The notes beneath the pieces were generated by a model that searched no databases, was not told the origin of the DNA, and worked only from the letters and a program-made list of their open reading frames with translations. The position numbers were made by a program, and so were the translations under genes. This document shows positions 27,195 through 37,721 of a DNA stretch of 64,000 nt, piece after piece. This DNA is from Rhodanobacteraceae bacterium (GTDB lineage Bacteria > Pseudomonadota > Gammaproteobacteria > Xanthomonadales > SZUA-5): NCBI GenBank assembly GCA_031425695.1, contig JANPJV010000076.1, positions 3,261-67,260 of the forward strand. Reading direction: 5' to 3'. How positions within the stretch are numbered: the first letter of the stretch is position 1; each line of letters begins with the position of its first letter.

Positions 27195-27420
27195 GCTGCT
27201 GCCACATGATCGATGGCGCGCTGGCGTGATCGAACCATCGACCGGTACCAGGACCAGCTTGCGCACCAAGGCTTCAGGAGCGAGCGCAGCGTTCTCCGGG
27301 CTGGTGCAATCGCTGCGATGCCCGGTCAGCATCGGCATCGGCATCGGCATGCCGGCAGAGCGACCGCGTGGAGACCTTGGTCGCGATCGCGCCACCCGTG
27401 CGCGCCTCCTGGGCGACGCT
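27195..27420 (-). pseudogene. decayed fragment of a tandem-USP gene
   Basis: The minus-strand translation ...IATKV...PMPMLTGHRSDCTSPENAALAPEALVRKLVLVPVDGS...AIDHV (with frameshifts) parallels IATKVVNAVALPVTLVPTPTLTMHQAGRATPENAALAPAGKARRLTLVPVDGSDHANRAIDHV of the USP at 55855-56781. Confidence 0.6.
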
Positions 27421-27424
27421 CTAC

Positions 27425-29635
27425 CTACAACTTTTTTCGCTTGATCGGCAGGCGAATTGTAAACGTCGTCCCTTCATCGATCCCACTTCGGACATCGATG
27501 CTGCCGCCATGCTTCTTGATGATTCCGTAGGACACCGATAGCCCGAGGCCAGTGCCGATGCCGACTGGTTTGGTGGTGAAGAACGGATCGAAGATGCGTT
27601 TGAGATTCTCTGCCGGGATCCCTTTGCCCGTATCCGAGAATTGCAACCAGATATCGTCCTTTTCAGTGCCGGTGCGGATAGTGATCCTGCCGCGCAGCTC
27701 GATCGAATGTGCAGCGTTGACGAGCAGATTCAGAAACACCTGGTTGAGCTGGAATGGGAGGCATTCGATCAGCGGTAGATCCCCGTAGGCCTTGACCACT
27801 TCTGCTTTGTACTTGATCTCGTGCGCGGCAACGTTGAGGGTACTGTCGAGGCCATGGTGGATATCGACTTCCTGCCATTCAGCCTCGTCCACATGCGAGA
27901 AGTCTTTGAGATCGCGCACGATGGCATCGACCCGGGCGATGCCTTCGAGCGATTCCGAAAGGAGGCCGGGGATATCCCGTTGCAGATAGCTGAGCTCGAT
28001 GCTGTCTTTGAACGCCCGCAGGCGCTGCAATTGCGGAGTGTCGGGACCAATCAGCAGTTCGAGCGGCTCATAGACTTGCAGCAGGCGGAAAATATCGGCG
28101 AGATAGCTCTGCAGGCTGGTGAGGTTGGAGCGGATGTAGCCGATCGGGTTGTTGATTTCATGGGCTACGCCAGCGGCTAGTTGGCCCACCGATGCCATCT
28201 TCTCGGATTGCAGCAGTTGGCTCTGGGTTCCGGCCAGTTCCTCGTTCGCCGCTTCCAGGTCGGCATTACGCTGCTTCAGTGCAACCTCGATGCCCTCGCG
28301 CACGGCGATCTGCTCGTGCAGCTCGCGCGTGCGCGCGGCCACGCGCTGCTCCAGTTCGGCATTGGCGGCCTTGAGCGACTCCGCGGCGCGTTTGCGCTCC
28401 AGGCTGTTGGCGATCTGATAAGACACGAAGGTCAGCAATTCTTCGTCGCGCTTGCCGTAATGGACATCGGGTGAATAGCTCTGGACGACGACTGTGCCGA
28501 CCACGCTGTCGCTGCATACCAGTGGCACGCCCAGCCAACAATGCGCGGGGGCGCCGTGGCCATGGACTTCGCCGATCGCCGCGAGCCTGTTGATTTCGGC
28601 ATCGTCGAGCAGCGCAGGCTGGCCTCGACGAATGACGTATTCGGTGCCGCCCTTGCGCAGCGGCCGCGACTCATTCGTGGGCTGCCGTTCGTCGATCCAG
28701 TAGGGAAAGTGCAACTCCTGGCGATCATCGGAAAGCAATGCAATGTAGAAGTTGGTTGCGTTGATCAATTCGCCGACGATCCCGTGCACGGCGGCATAGA
28801 ACTCCTGCATGCTGCCGGCACTGCCGGACAATGCCGCGATGCGAAACAGCGCTCTTTGCAGGCGTTCGCCATGCTCGCGCTCGGCCACCTCTGCCGTGAG
28901 CACCGCGTTGGCAAGAGCGAGCTCGGCGGTACGCCGCATCACTTCGCGCTCGAGCTCGGTGCGCGTCTGTTTCCGGTCGACTGCGGTGAGAATATGGCTG
29001 GCGACGAAAAACAGCAGGGCCTGGTCGTCGGTGGTATAGGGCGGGCGTTCGACATAACTTTGCACCACCAAGACACCGCGCACGCCGCCGCCGCCCAACA
29101 TCGGCACGCCCAGCCAGTCATGACTTTTCGCACCGCGGGACCGGAATGGGCCCGTTACTTGCTGCTTCATCTGGTCCGCGGTCCCCATCAATGCGCGACC
29201 CATGCGAATCACATACCAGGTAGGGGCATGTTCCAGCGTGCTCATCGGCACGTCGATCGCCGCATCGGGCACGGGCACGCTGCTGTCCGCGACGTCGGCA
29301 AAATAGATGAAGCGCACCGCGTCGCGCTCGCGGTCGTAAAGTGCAATGAAGAGATTCTCGGCATACATCAACCCGCCGACGATTCGGTGCAAGCCCTGCA
29401 ACATGGTTGCCATGTCCAGCTCGGAACTGGCCATGTCGGCAATCGCAAATAGCGCCCGCTGCAATCGTTCGGCGCGCTGGTGATCTTGAACCGCCGCGCG
29501 CAGCCGCACCAATTCGAGAGCGTCGGCTTCCCGCCGCGTGTCTGCTGACCCTGACGATTCCTCGGTCAGGACCTGGACAGTCGCAGCTTTCGGCTCTGCG
29601 TCAGCCAGCGGCTTGGGCAAACCGGGCTTGTTCAT
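27425..29635 (-). CDS. cytoplasmic sensor histidine kinase with two GAF domains
   Basis: Two GAF-like repeats are followed by a coiled coil, the HisKA motif [14 protein letters not shown], and HATPase_c motifs (DTGKGIP, GTGLGLS). Confidence 0.85.
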   Translation of the reverse strand: MNKPGLPKPLADAEPKAATVQVLTEESSGSADTRREADALELVRLRAAVQDHQRAERLQRALFAIADMASSELDMATMLQGLHRIVGGLMYAENLFIALYDRERDAVRFIYFADVADSSVPVPDAAIDVPMSTLEHAPTWYVIRMGRALMGTADQMKQQVTGPFRSRGAKSHDWLGVPMLGGGGVRGVLVVQSYVERPPYTTDDQALLFFVASHILTAVDRKQTRTELEREVMRRTAELALANAVLTAEVAEREHGERLQRALFRIAALSGSAGSMQEFYAAVHGIVGELINATNFYIALLSDDRQELHFPYWIDERQPTNESRPLRKGGTEYVIRRGQPALLDDAEINRLAAIGEVHGHGAPAHCWLGVPLVCSDSVVGTVVVQSYSPDVHYGKRDEELLTFVSYQIANSLERKRAAESLKAANAELEQRVAARTRELHEQIAVREGIEVALKQRNADLEAANEELAGTQSQLLQSEKMASVGQLAAGVAHEINNPIGYIRSNLTSLQSYLADIFRLLQVYEPLELLIGPDTPQLQRLRAFKDSIELSYLQRDIPGLLSESLEGIARVDAIVRDLKDFSHVDEAEWQEVDIHHGLDSTLNVAAHEIKYKAEVVKAYGDLPLIECLPFQLNQVFLNLLVNAAHSIELRGRITIRTGTEKDDIWLQFSDTGKGIPAENLKRIFDPFFTTKPVGIGTGLGLSVSYGIIKKHGGSIDVRSGIDEGTTFTIRLPIKRKKL

Positions 29636-29793
29636 CGTGCAGATCCTGTGTCAGCCAGTTCGCACACGCTAACACCGGTCCGTACGAGGTCGCGCCGGAT
29701 GCTCCCCCTACAGGCGGAACGAATTGTCTACAGATGCACGTCGACGCTGACCGACGACGGCCACTGGGGCAGCGCCAAGGCGCAGGGTCGACG

Positions 29794-32700
29794 CTAAGCG
29801 ATACGGACGCGGCTCCGGGTTGTCCACCAACGGCCCACCAGCTTGCGCAACTCGCTGTACCACAGGACGGTACTCGCCATTCCCATGCAAACCAACCACT
29901 GGCTCAAGTCCAACGGCACCGTTCCGAAGGCGCGATTAAGAAAGCCGAGGTTGACGACGGCGATTTGCAGCAGCAGCGAGAGCGCGATCGCCGCCCATAG
30001 CCAGGGGTTGGAGAACGCTCCGGCGAATGCGCTCACGGTCTCGGAGCGCGCATTGAAGGCGTTGAACAGGTGCGCGAGCACCAGCACCGTGAAGCCCGCG
30101 GTGCGCGCCGTGGCCAAATTCTCCGACCCGTCGATGAGTCCGCCGGATAGATAGAAGTCCATCGTCAGCAAGCTCACCAGCGCGACCACCAGGCCAATTT
30201 GAATGACGCCAGACCACATCGCCAAGTCAATCACCCGTTCGGTCAGCGGTCGCGGCTTGCGCGCCATGACGTCGTCGGTCGGTGGATCGACACCCATGGC
30301 CAGCGCCGGCCAGGAATCGGTCACCAGGTTGATCCACAGGATCTGGGTGGCGAGCAGCGGCAGCACGACTTCGCCGCCGCCACTGGAAAGGCCGATCACC
30401 CCGGCGCCGACAACCCCGAGAAATACCGTCAGCACCTCACCCATGTTCCCGGAGAGCAAGTAGCGCAGGAACTTGCGGATGTTGTCGACGATGCCGCGCC
30501 CTTCACGCACCGCCTCGACGATGGTGGCGAAGTTGTCGTCGACCAGGATCATCTTGGCCGCTTCCTTGGTTACCTCGGTGCCGGCAATGCCCATGGCGAT
30601 GCCGATGTCCGCGGATTTGAGCGCCGGTGCGTCGTTTACGCCGTCGCCGGTCATGGCGACGATGTTGCCATCGGCCTGCAAGGCATCGACGATGCGCAAT
30701 TTGTGTTTCGGTGCCACGCGCGCGAACACCGACGTCGCCCGCACAGCATCGGCGAACGCGGCCTCGTCCAGCGCATCCAGCTCAGGCCCGGAGAGGGCGG
30801 CCGCCCCGGCATCGACAATGCCGAGGTCGGCCGCGATGCGCGCGGCCGTGCGCGGATGATCGCCGGTGATCATGATCACGCGAATGCCCGCCCGGCGCGC
30901 TTCGCGGATGGCCGCCGCCGCTTCCTGACGTGGCGGATCGATGATCCCCACGGTGCCGACGTAGATGAGCGCGTGCTCCAGCGCCTCGCCCGGCGCGATT
31001 TCCTCGCCGGCCGTGAGCGGCCGGTAAGCCACGCCCAGGGTGCGCAGGGCCGCGTCGGAAAGGGCCGCCACCTCGCTGAGGATGCGTGCCCGCGCGGCCT
31101 CGTCGAGAGCGACCACGTCGAGCCCTGAACGCACCTGCGTGCAGCGTTCGAGCAAGACGTCCGGGGCGCCCTTGGCGATCAGCACGGTAGTGTTGCCGTG
31201 TTCGTGATCGACCTCGATGGTCGACATCATCTTGCGATCCGAGGTAAACGGGATCTGCGCCATGCGCGTGAAGCGCTGCGCGCGCCGCTCGGACACGCCG
31301 AGCTTGCGTTCCGCCACCAGGAACGCAACTTCGGTGGGATCGCCGTGGATTTCCCACTGGCCATCCTGGCCCTCGCGCAGCTCGGCATTGCCGGCCAGGC
31401 TGCCGCCACTCAGCATCACGATCTGCTCGGCGTGCAGGTCGCCGCTTTCGAGCTTGGCCCCGGCGAGCTCGACCTGCCCGGCGGGTGCGTAACCGACTCC
31501 GGTCACGGCGGTGCCACCTGAGGCAGTCAGTATCTGCACGATGGTCATCTCACCGCGGGTCAAGGTGCCGGTCTTGTCCGAGGCAATGACCGAGGCCGAC
31601 CCCAAGGTCTCCGCCGACGACAGCTTCTTGACGATCGCATGGTGTTTGGCCATCCGCTGCACGCCGAGCGCCAGCACCACGGACAGAATCGCCGGCAGGC
31701 CTTCAGGCACGGCTGCCACTGCCAATGACACGCCGAGCAGCAAGGCGTCGATGACATCGGCAATGCTGCGGCGGTCGGAGAGCAGCAGCACTGTCGCAAC
31801 CACGATGACCGCAATGATCAGCACCGCAACGCCCAGCATGCGGCCGATGTGCGCGATCTCCTTCTCGAGTGGCGTCGGCTCCTCGACCGTCGCTTCGAGC
31901 ATCTGCGCAATCGAGCCGACCTCGGTGTCCATCCCGGTCGCGGTGACCACGGCGCGGCCGGTGCCTTGCGCGACGGCAGTGCCCTTGAACAGCATGTTCA
32001 GCCGATCGCCGAGTGGCACCGACGCGGCAAGCGTCGCCGCATCCTTGAGCACGGCCTCGCTCTCGCCGGTCAGCGCCGCTTCCTGCACGCGCAAGGCGGT
32101 CGCTTCAATCAGCCGCGCATCGGCGCCGACCGCGTCGCCTTCGCCAAGGACCAGCAGGTCGCCGCGCACCAATTCCGCGCTCGGCACGCGCAGCAACTTG
32201 CCGTCGCGCATCACTGCCGAGGTGGCCTGGATCATGCGTGCCAACGCCGCTACCGCGTCGGCGGCCTTGGCCTCCTGCACAAATCCCAGAACGCCGTTGA
32301 GCAGCACGATTGCCGCGATCACCGTCGCATCCACCGGCCAGCCGTGCCGGCCTTCGATCACCCACGCCACCACGGCGATCACAATCGCGGCCAGCAGCAG
32401 ATAGATCAGCGGGTCCTGGAAGTGCGCCAGCACGCGGCGCCAGGTCGCCAGCTTCGCCGCAGCACGCAATTCATTCGGGCCATTTTCCGCCAGCCGACGT
32501 GTCGCTTCTTGCGCCGTCAGGCCGTTCTCGAGATCCGCGGCGTGCTGGGTCGCAACTGCCTGCGCATCTTTGAGGGAAGGATCGTCGGCTGCGGGTTTGG
32601 CGGCCGCCGACTGCACCCTCGGCGGCTTCTTTGGAGCGGCGGCGGTGGCAATTGCGGAGGGTGCCGCTGCAGCATTGGGTCCGGCGACGGCAGGCGTCGC

Positions 32701-33087
32701 GGCCGCTTCGACCACCGGAACGGCGGCATGCGCGTTCGGGGTGGCATTCGATGGTGCGTCTGTGGGGAGCGCTCGCGCCTTTGGCTGCGGCGCCGCTGCA
32801 GCGGCTTCCGGCCGCGGAACGACGGACGGATCGCCAGCAGCGGGCACGGCTGTCGCAGTCTTCGTATCTGGCTCGGGAGCGTCCGCGGCGGGGGCGTCCG
32901 GGATGTGCGCTGAAGACGCCTTCGCCGCTGGGTCCGCCTCACATTCCCGCTGGCGTACCGCGGATTTGATGGCGCCGACTTCCAGCCGGGTTTCGTCGTA
33001 GCGCACGGTGGTGCTCCTGGCGGCAAAGTTGACGGGGACGCTCTCGACACCCGGCACCTCACCGATGCGCCTCTCCACCCCATCCAT
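29794..33087 (-). CDS. P2-type (Ca2+/Mg2+-like) cation-transporting ATPase with an N-terminal degenerate HMA-like domain and an Ala/Pro-rich linker
   Basis: Contains DKTGTLT, TGDGVNDAPALK, MITGDHP and 10 TM helices. The N-terminus reads MDGVERRIGEVPGVESVPVNFAARSTTVRYDE without CxxC, followed by about 150 aa of A/P-rich sequence. Confidence 0.85.
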   Translation of the reverse strand: MDGVERRIGEVPGVESVPVNFAARSTTVRYDETRLEVGAIKSAVRQRECEADPAAKASSAHIPDAPAADAPEPDTKTATAVPAAGDPSVVPRPEAAAAAPQPKARALPTDAPSNATPNAHAAVPVVEAAATPAVAGPNAAAAPSAIATAAAPKKPPRVQSAAAKPAADDPSLKDAQAVATQHAADLENGLTAQEATRRLAENGPNELRAAAKLATWRRVLAHFQDPLIYLLLAAIVIAVVAWVIEGRHGWPVDATVIAAIVLLNGVLGFVQEAKAADAVAALARMIQATSAVMRDGKLLRVPSAELVRGDLLVLGEGDAVGADARLIEATALRVQEAALTGESEAVLKDAATLAASVPLGDRLNMLFKGTAVAQGTGRAVVTATGMDTEVGSIAQMLEATVEEPTPLEKEIAHIGRMLGVAVLIIAVIVVATVLLLSDRRSIADVIDALLLGVSLAVAAVPEGLPAILSVVLALGVQRMAKHHAIVKKLSSAETLGSASVIASDKTGTLTRGEMTIVQILTASGGTAVTGVGYAPAGQVELAGAKLESGDLHAEQIVMLSGGSLAGNAELREGQDGQWEIHGDPTEVAFLVAERKLGVSERRAQRFTRMAQIPFTSDRKMMSTIEVDHEHGNTTVLIAKGAPDVLLERCTQVRSGLDVVALDEAARARILSEVAALSDAALRTLGVAYRPLTAGEEIAPGEALEHALIYVGTVGIIDPPRQEAAAAIREARRAGIRVIMITGDHPRTAARIAADLGIVDAGAAALSGPELDALDEAAFADAVRATSVFARVAPKHKLRIVDALQADGNIVAMTGDGVNDAPALKSADIGIAMGIAGTEVTKEAAKMILVDDNFATIVEAVREGRGIVDNIRKFLRYLLSGNMGEVLTVFLGVVGAGVIGLSSGGGEVVLPLLATQILWINLVTDSWPALAMGVDPPTDDVMARKPRPLTERVIDLAMWSGVIQIGLVVALVSLLTMDFYLSGGLIDGSENLATARTAGFTVLVLAHLFNAFNARSETVSAFAGAFSNPWLWAAIALSLLLQIAVVNLGFLNRAFGTVPLDLSQWLVCMGMASTVLWYSELRKLVGRWWTTRSRVRIA

Positions 33088-33169
33088 GTTCTACACCGAC
33101 ACGATGGCTTGCATCACGTGCTCCGCACAGGGTGGAAAACGATCCTAGTTCGCGCGGACAGTGGGCGAT

Positions 33170-33183
33170 TTGATCTGGATCAA
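33170..33183. promoter_or_regulatory. FNR box TTGATctggATCAA (proximal to the ATPase)
   Basis: Perfect half-sites. The centre lies 89.5 bp upstream of the ATPase ATG at 33087. Confidence 0.75.
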
Positions 33184-33209
33184 GCTTGCATGGCGAATGC
33201 ACTCGGCGA

Positions 33210-33223
33210 TTGACCTGGATCAA
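33210..33223. promoter_or_regulatory. FNR box TTGACctggATCAA (distal)
   Basis: Near-perfect. Its centre is exactly 40 bp from the proximal box centre. Confidence 0.7.
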
Positions 33224-33532
33224 AGATCGAGTTCCCCGAACGGGATAAGTTGAAGCTTCAACAGCCCGTTTTCGGGAGAAGCGAATACGTCGCCAGCAAT
33301 CGCAACCAGCATTCGACCGCAAGCCATTCCCATCCGTTTGCGTCGGTCGCCGCGTATTTCCTTCTCAGCGAACACCGTGCGCACTTCCTCGGGGCACTGC
33401 CGTTCGTGCGGCTGCTCTCCTGCCCGCTAATGCAGGTCTTCATGCATCGCGGACAGCGGCCCGCCAGGGCAAAAGTTCCAGAGCGCTGATTGAGCGCGCC
33501 ATCTCGCAACAGCACCCTCCAAGGACCTGCCC

Positions 33533-34918
33533 ATGGAACGCGCCTTACGACCCACTCTGCAGTTCCTCGGCGCTGCCGGGACCGTTACCGGCTCACGCTA
33601 TCTGATCGAGGCGGCCGGCCAGCGCGTCCTGGTCGATTGCGGTCTGTTTCAAGGCTACAAACAGCTGCGCGAGCGCAATCGAGCCGAATTTCCGGTGCCA
33701 GCGGACACGATCGACACGGTCCTGCTGACGCACGCGCATCTGGATCATTCGGGCTATATCCCAGCGCTGGTGCGCGATGGTTTTCAAGGCAAGATCATTT
33801 GTACGCCAGCGACGCGTGAACTGTGTTCGTTGCTGTTGCCGGACAGCGGGCACCTGCAGGAGGAAGAAGCCAAGTTCGCCAAGAAGAAGGGCTTTTCCAG
33901 ACACGCCGAGCCGACCCCGCTGTACACCTTTGAAGATGCGCAGGCTTCGCTTGAGCAATTCGTTGTCCACGACTTCGAAAAAGAGCTTGAAGTGGGCCCC
34001 GCGCTGCGCGCGCGCTTCCTGCCTGCCGGCCACTTGCTGGGGGCGGCGCAGATCAGTCTGGACGTCGCCGGCACACGAGTGCATTTCAGCGGCGATCTCG
34101 GTCGCGTTCAAGATCCCTTGATGCGCCCGCCGAAACCCTTGGGCTCGGCGGATGTGCTGATCTGCGAGTCGACCTATGGGAACCGCAAGCACAAGCGCAT
34201 CGACTCCGAGGCGGAACTCGCGCCGATCATTCGGCGGGTTGCTGCGCGCAGCGGCGTCATCGTGATCGCGGCCTTCGCCGTGGGTCGCGCACAGGGGTTG
34301 ATGCTGCATCTCGCGCGCCTGCGCCAGCGCGGCGAGATTCCCGCAATCCCGGTTTACCTCAACAGCCCAATGGCAATCGACGCGACCGAGATCTATCACC
34401 GCTACCACCAAGAGCACCATGTCACTGTCGCCGAATGTCAGGCCATGTACGAACTGGCGACCATGGTGCGCAGCGTGGACGAGTCCAAGGCACTGAACTT
34501 GAGGGGTGGCCCGATGATCATCCTCTCCGCAAGTGGCATGCTGACCGGCGGACGCGTGCTGCACCATCTGGAGGCCTTTGGCCCCGATCCACGCAACGCA
34601 ATCCTGATGTCCGGCCACCAGGCCGGCGGTACCCGTGGCGCGCTCCTGGCAGGCGGGGCCGAGCGCCTGCGCATGTATGGACGCGAGGTGCCGATCCTGG
34701 CGGAAGTCGTGCAGCTCGAGAGCTTTTCGGGCCACGCCGATGCCGATGAAATCCTCACCTGGATGGGCGCGGCGAAAGCGCCGCCGCAGATCACCTACGT
34801 CACCCATGGAGAACCGGACGCCGCCGACGCGCTACGTGGGCGAATCAAGCACGAACTCGGCTGGGAAGCACGCGTACCCGAGCATCTGGAGCGCGTCGTT
34901 CTCGATGCGCGCAAGTGA
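33533..34918 (+). CDS. MBL-fold beta-CASP family hydrolase (RNase J/CPSF-like)
   Basis: Contains HAHLDHSGYIP, a beta-CASP-like middle region, and C-terminal SGHADADEI...VTHGEP. Confidence 0.8.
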   Translation: MERALRPTLQFLGAAGTVTGSRYLIEAAGQRVLVDCGLFQGYKQLRERNRAEFPVPADTIDTVLLTHAHLDHSGYIPALVRDGFQGKIICTPATRELCSLLLPDSGHLQEEEAKFAKKKGFSRHAEPTPLYTFEDAQASLEQFVVHDFEKELEVGPALRARFLPAGHLLGAAQISLDVAGTRVHFSGDLGRVQDPLMRPPKPLGSADVLICESTYGNRKHKRIDSEAELAPIIRRVAARSGVIVIAAFAVGRAQGLMLHLARLRQRGEIPAIPVYLNSPMAIDATEIYHRYHQEHHVTVAECQAMYELATMVRSVDESKALNLRGGPMIILSASGMLTGGRVLHHLEAFGPDPRNAILMSGHQAGGTRGALLAGGAERLRMYGREVPILAEVVQLESFSGHADADEILTWMGAAKAPPQITYVTHGEPDAADALRGRIKHELGWEARVPEHLERVVLDARK

Positions 34919-35069
34919 GCGATCGCCATCGCGGTTGGACGCGGCCGAGCGCGTTCGGTCCAACATCACATTGGCGAACGTCATGGGCTGGGTGTAGTCG
35001 ACAAGGGGTCGACCAAGGGTTATGCCTCGGGCATGCCGGTATCCGCTGCGCCACGAAGCAGCTCCATGC

Positions 35070-35378
35070 TCAGAACTTCCCCGGGCGCAGAATCTCGACG
35101 TCCGTGAGAAAAGCCACCATCGCATAGTTGGCGTAATAGTTGGCCTGGACATGAGTGAGCACGGACTCGGCCAGTGCGCGCGGGCAGATCAGCTCGATGC
35201 GGATGTTGGAACTCTCACGCCAGGCGGCGTCGCGCACGCCGCGGCTGCCGCGACCACGCGCATCGGTCACCGTGTAGGCGCGCACACCCAGGCGCTCCAG
35301 ATCGCGCAGCAAAGTGTGCTCGATCGTAGCCTCGGTGATCAGCGTGAGCAGGGTGCGTTTTTCGGTGGGCAGCGTCAC
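35070..35378 (-). CDS. P-II-like signalling protein (SbtB-like partner of the upstream permease)
   Basis: 102 aa with a ferredoxin-like pattern and a T-loop-like GRGSRGVRDAAW. It overlaps the stop of the Sbt-like permease. Confidence 0.55.
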   Translation of the reverse strand: MTLPTEKRTLLTLITEATIEHTLLRDLERLGVRAYTVTDARGRGSRGVRDAAWRESSNIRIELICPRALAESVLTHVQANYYANYAMVAFLTDVEILRPGKF

Positions 35379-36316
35379 GGAGGTGCTCCCACGAGTTGCG
35401 TTGCCAACCGATGATAAAGCGCGATTCCGACGAGGATATTGAATGGGAAGGTCACGCCGAGCACGACGCCGAGCGATAGCGCGGGATTGGCTTGCGGCAC
35501 GGCAACGCGCATCGCTGCTGGCACCGCGATGTACGAGGCGCTCGCCGCCAGAGTAGCCAGCAAGGTCAGCCCGCCGACGGACAGGCCGAGCATCATCCCG
35601 CAGCCCAGACCCAGCATGGCCGACAAGAGCGGCATGCCGACACCGAAGGCGACCAGGAACACGCCATTGCGCTTGAGCTCACCCATCTGCCGGCTGACGA
35701 TCAGCCCCATCTCCAGCAGGAATAGCGCGAGCACACCGGAGAATAGTTCGAAGTAGAAGCTTTTGATCGGGGCGAGCCCCTCCGGCCCGGCGATCCAGCC
35801 GATCGCCATGCCGCCGAGCAGCAGCGTCACGCCTTTGCCCAGAAAGGTTTCGTGCGCCAATAGCTTCCAGTCGGTCGTCCGCCCAACGCCGCGGACCAGC
35901 ACGATGCCGACCATGATGGCCGGGACCTCCATGACCGCGAGAAAGACCGCCATTTGCGATTCGAACTCGATGTTACGGGCGATCAGCCAGTTGACGCCGA
36001 CCGCGAAGGTGGCAACGCTCACCGAGCCATAATGGGCCGCCGTGGCCGCCGCGTCCGCCCGGCCCAGGCGGCCCAAGCTGCGCAGGATGGCGAACGCGAT
36101 CAGTGTTTGCACCACCCCCAGCGCGACCACCGCAGCCAGTTGCGGTAACAGCGGCGCCAGCGCCTGTTTCGCCAAACCCTCGCCGCCCTTCAGCCCAATC
36201 GCCAGCAACAGAAACACCGACAGCGAGTCATACAGCGCTGACGGCAGCTTGAGGTCTGAGCGCGCGAGGCCGGCCGCCAGGCCGAAGAGAAAAAACAGGA
36301 CGACGACGTCGATCAA
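35375..36316 (-). CDS. SbtA-like (DUF897) sodium-dependent bicarbonate transporter family permease
   Basis: N-terminus reads MIDVVVLFFLFGLAAGLARSDLKLP...LLLAIGLKGGEGL. About 10 TM helices, 313 aa. Confidence 0.7.
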   Translation of the reverse strand: MIDVVVLFFLFGLAAGLARSDLKLPSALYDSLSVFLLLAIGLKGGEGLAKQALAPLLPQLAAVVALGVVQTLIAFAILRSLGRLGRADAAATAAHYGSVSVATFAVGVNWLIARNIEFESQMAVFLAVMEVPAIMVGIVLVRGVGRTTDWKLLAHETFLGKGVTLLLGGMAIGWIAGPEGLAPIKSFYFELFSGVLALFLLEMGLIVSRQMGELKRNGVFLVAFGVGMPLLSAMLGLGCGMMLGLSVGGLTLLATLAASASYIAVPAAMRVAVPQANPALSLGVVLGVTFPFNILVGIALYHRLATQLVGAPP

Positions 36317-36360
36317 GTTGCATCGCCCCGACGACAGTTCACGAGAGCCCTTGGTCTAAC

Positions 36361-36636
36361 TCAATCAAACAGGTCCCGCAAGAAAGACTTGCGCGGCTTG
36401 TCTCGATAGTCGTCGTCTCGGTAGTGGCGCTCCTGGCGCTCGGGTCCGCGTGTTCTCTCCGGTTCGTCGCTGTGCGGTCGGCGATCTTGAGCCGCCGGGC
36501 GCTCAGCGCGCTCGAGCAGTTTGTCCAATTCGCCGCGGTCCAGCCAAATGCCGCGGCAGGAAGGACAGTAGTCGATCTCAATCCCTTGCTTGTCGGTCAT
36601 GACTAGATTCGAGTCTTTGCACACTGGGCATTTCAT
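36361..36636 (-). CDS. zf-TFIIB-type zinc-ribbon protein
   Basis: MKCPVCKDSNLVMTDKQGIEIDYCPSCRGIWLDRGELDKLLE is followed by a charged tail. AAGGGA precedes ATG 36636. An alternative ATG at 36690 overlaps the pyrC stop. Confidence 0.65.
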   Translation of the reverse strand: MKCPVCKDSNLVMTDKQGIEIDYCPSCRGIWLDRGELDKLLERAERPAAQDRRPHSDEPERTRGPERQERHYRDDDYRDKPRKSFLRDLFD

Positions 36637-36686
36637 AGGCTTTCCCTTGAGTCTGTTGGTCGAGATTGCATTTGCAGCAGTGGAGT

Positions 36687-37721
36687 TCATGGGTCGGATA
36701 GCGCCCACGCAATCGTCCCTCCTGCGCGCAGCGGCACGCCGGTTTGATTCCCGAAGCGCACCTCTTGGGGCACCGTCCAGTTCCGCTTCTCCAGGATCAG
36801 CGTGTCGCGGTTGCGCGGCAGCCGGTAGAAATCGGGGCCATGAAAGCTGGCGAACGCCTCGAGCCGGTCGAGCGCGCCTGCCGCGTCGAAGACTTCGGCG
36901 TACAGCTCGATCGCGGCATGGGCAGTGTAGATCCCGGCGCAGCCGCAAGCGGACTCCTTTGCGTGGCGCGGATGTGGCGCGCTATCGGTGCCGAGGAAAA
37001 ACTTGGGACTTCCGCCGGTGGCCGCGGCGACGAGCGCGCGGCGGTGCGTCTCGCGCTGCAACAGCGGCAGGCAGTAGTGATGCGGCCGCAAACCGCCGGC
37101 AAACAGAGCATTCCGATTGAGCAGCAGATGGTGGGCTGTCAGGGTCGCCGCAATGTTGCCAGCAGACTCGCTGACGAAGGCGACCGCAGCGTCAGTGGTG
37201 ATGTGCTCCAGCACCATGCGCAGCCCGGGAAACGTGCGCACCAGCGGCGCCAGACGCTCGATGAAGATCGCCTCACGGTCGAAGACATCGATCTCAGCGT
37301 CAGTGACCTCGCCATGCAGAAGCAATGGCAGATCGTGCTCTTCCATCGCTGCGAGCACTGGATAGACGCGCTTGAGGTCGGTCACGCCGCTTTCAGAATT
37401 GGTCGTCGCACCTGCCGGGTAGTACTTGACTGCGTGCACGAAGCCGCTGGCTTTGGCTCGCGCGATCTCCGCTGGCGGCGTTAGGTCGGTCAGATACAGC
37501 GTCATCAGCGGCTCGAATCGCGCATCAGCTGGCAAGGCCTTGGCGATCCGCTCGCGATACGTGCGCGCGTGCTCGACGGTGGTCACTGGCGGCTTCAAGT
37601 TGGGCATCACGACGGCGCGCGCAAACCGCCGCACCGTGTCCGGGAGCACGGCGGCCAGCACCTCACCATCCCGCAGGTGCAGGTGCCAATCATCAGGTCT
37701 GGTGAGGGTCAGGCGCTTCAT
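36687..37721 (-). CDS. pyrC: dihydroorotase (class II, homodimeric type)
   Basis: The N-terminus [19 protein letters not shown] is typical, and the length (344 aa) fits. Confidence 0.9.
   Translation of the reverse strand: MKRLTLTRPDDWHLHLRDGEVLAAVLPDTVRRFARAVVMPNLKPPVTTVEHARTYRERIAKALPADARFEPLMTLYLTDLTPPAEIARAKASGFVHAVKYYPAGATTNSESGVTDLKRVYPVLAAMEEHDLPLLLHGEVTDAEIDVFDREAIFIERLAPLVRTFPGLRMVLEHITTDAAVAFVSESAGNIAATLTAHHLLLNRNALFAGGLRPHHYCLPLLQRETHRRALVAAATGGSPKFFLGTDSAPHPRHAKESACGCAGIYTAHAAIELYAEVFDAAGALDRLEAFASFHGPDFYRLPRNRDTLILEKRNWTVPQEVRFGNQTGVPLRAGGTIAWALSDP

Noticed and set aside
27320-27350. Short hexamer run gcatcg x3 (catcggcatcggcatcggcatgcc)
   Set aside because: It lies inside the decayed USP fragment, where it corresponds to the diverged linker. 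It is too short to interpret as a functional microsatellite.
26706-27395. 229-aa minus-strand ORF spanning the GGDEF 3' half and the downstream gap
   Set aside because: Its 3' two-thirds is antisense to a well-supported GGDEF domain. Only its 5' third carries real signal, and that is the decayed USP fragment reported separately.
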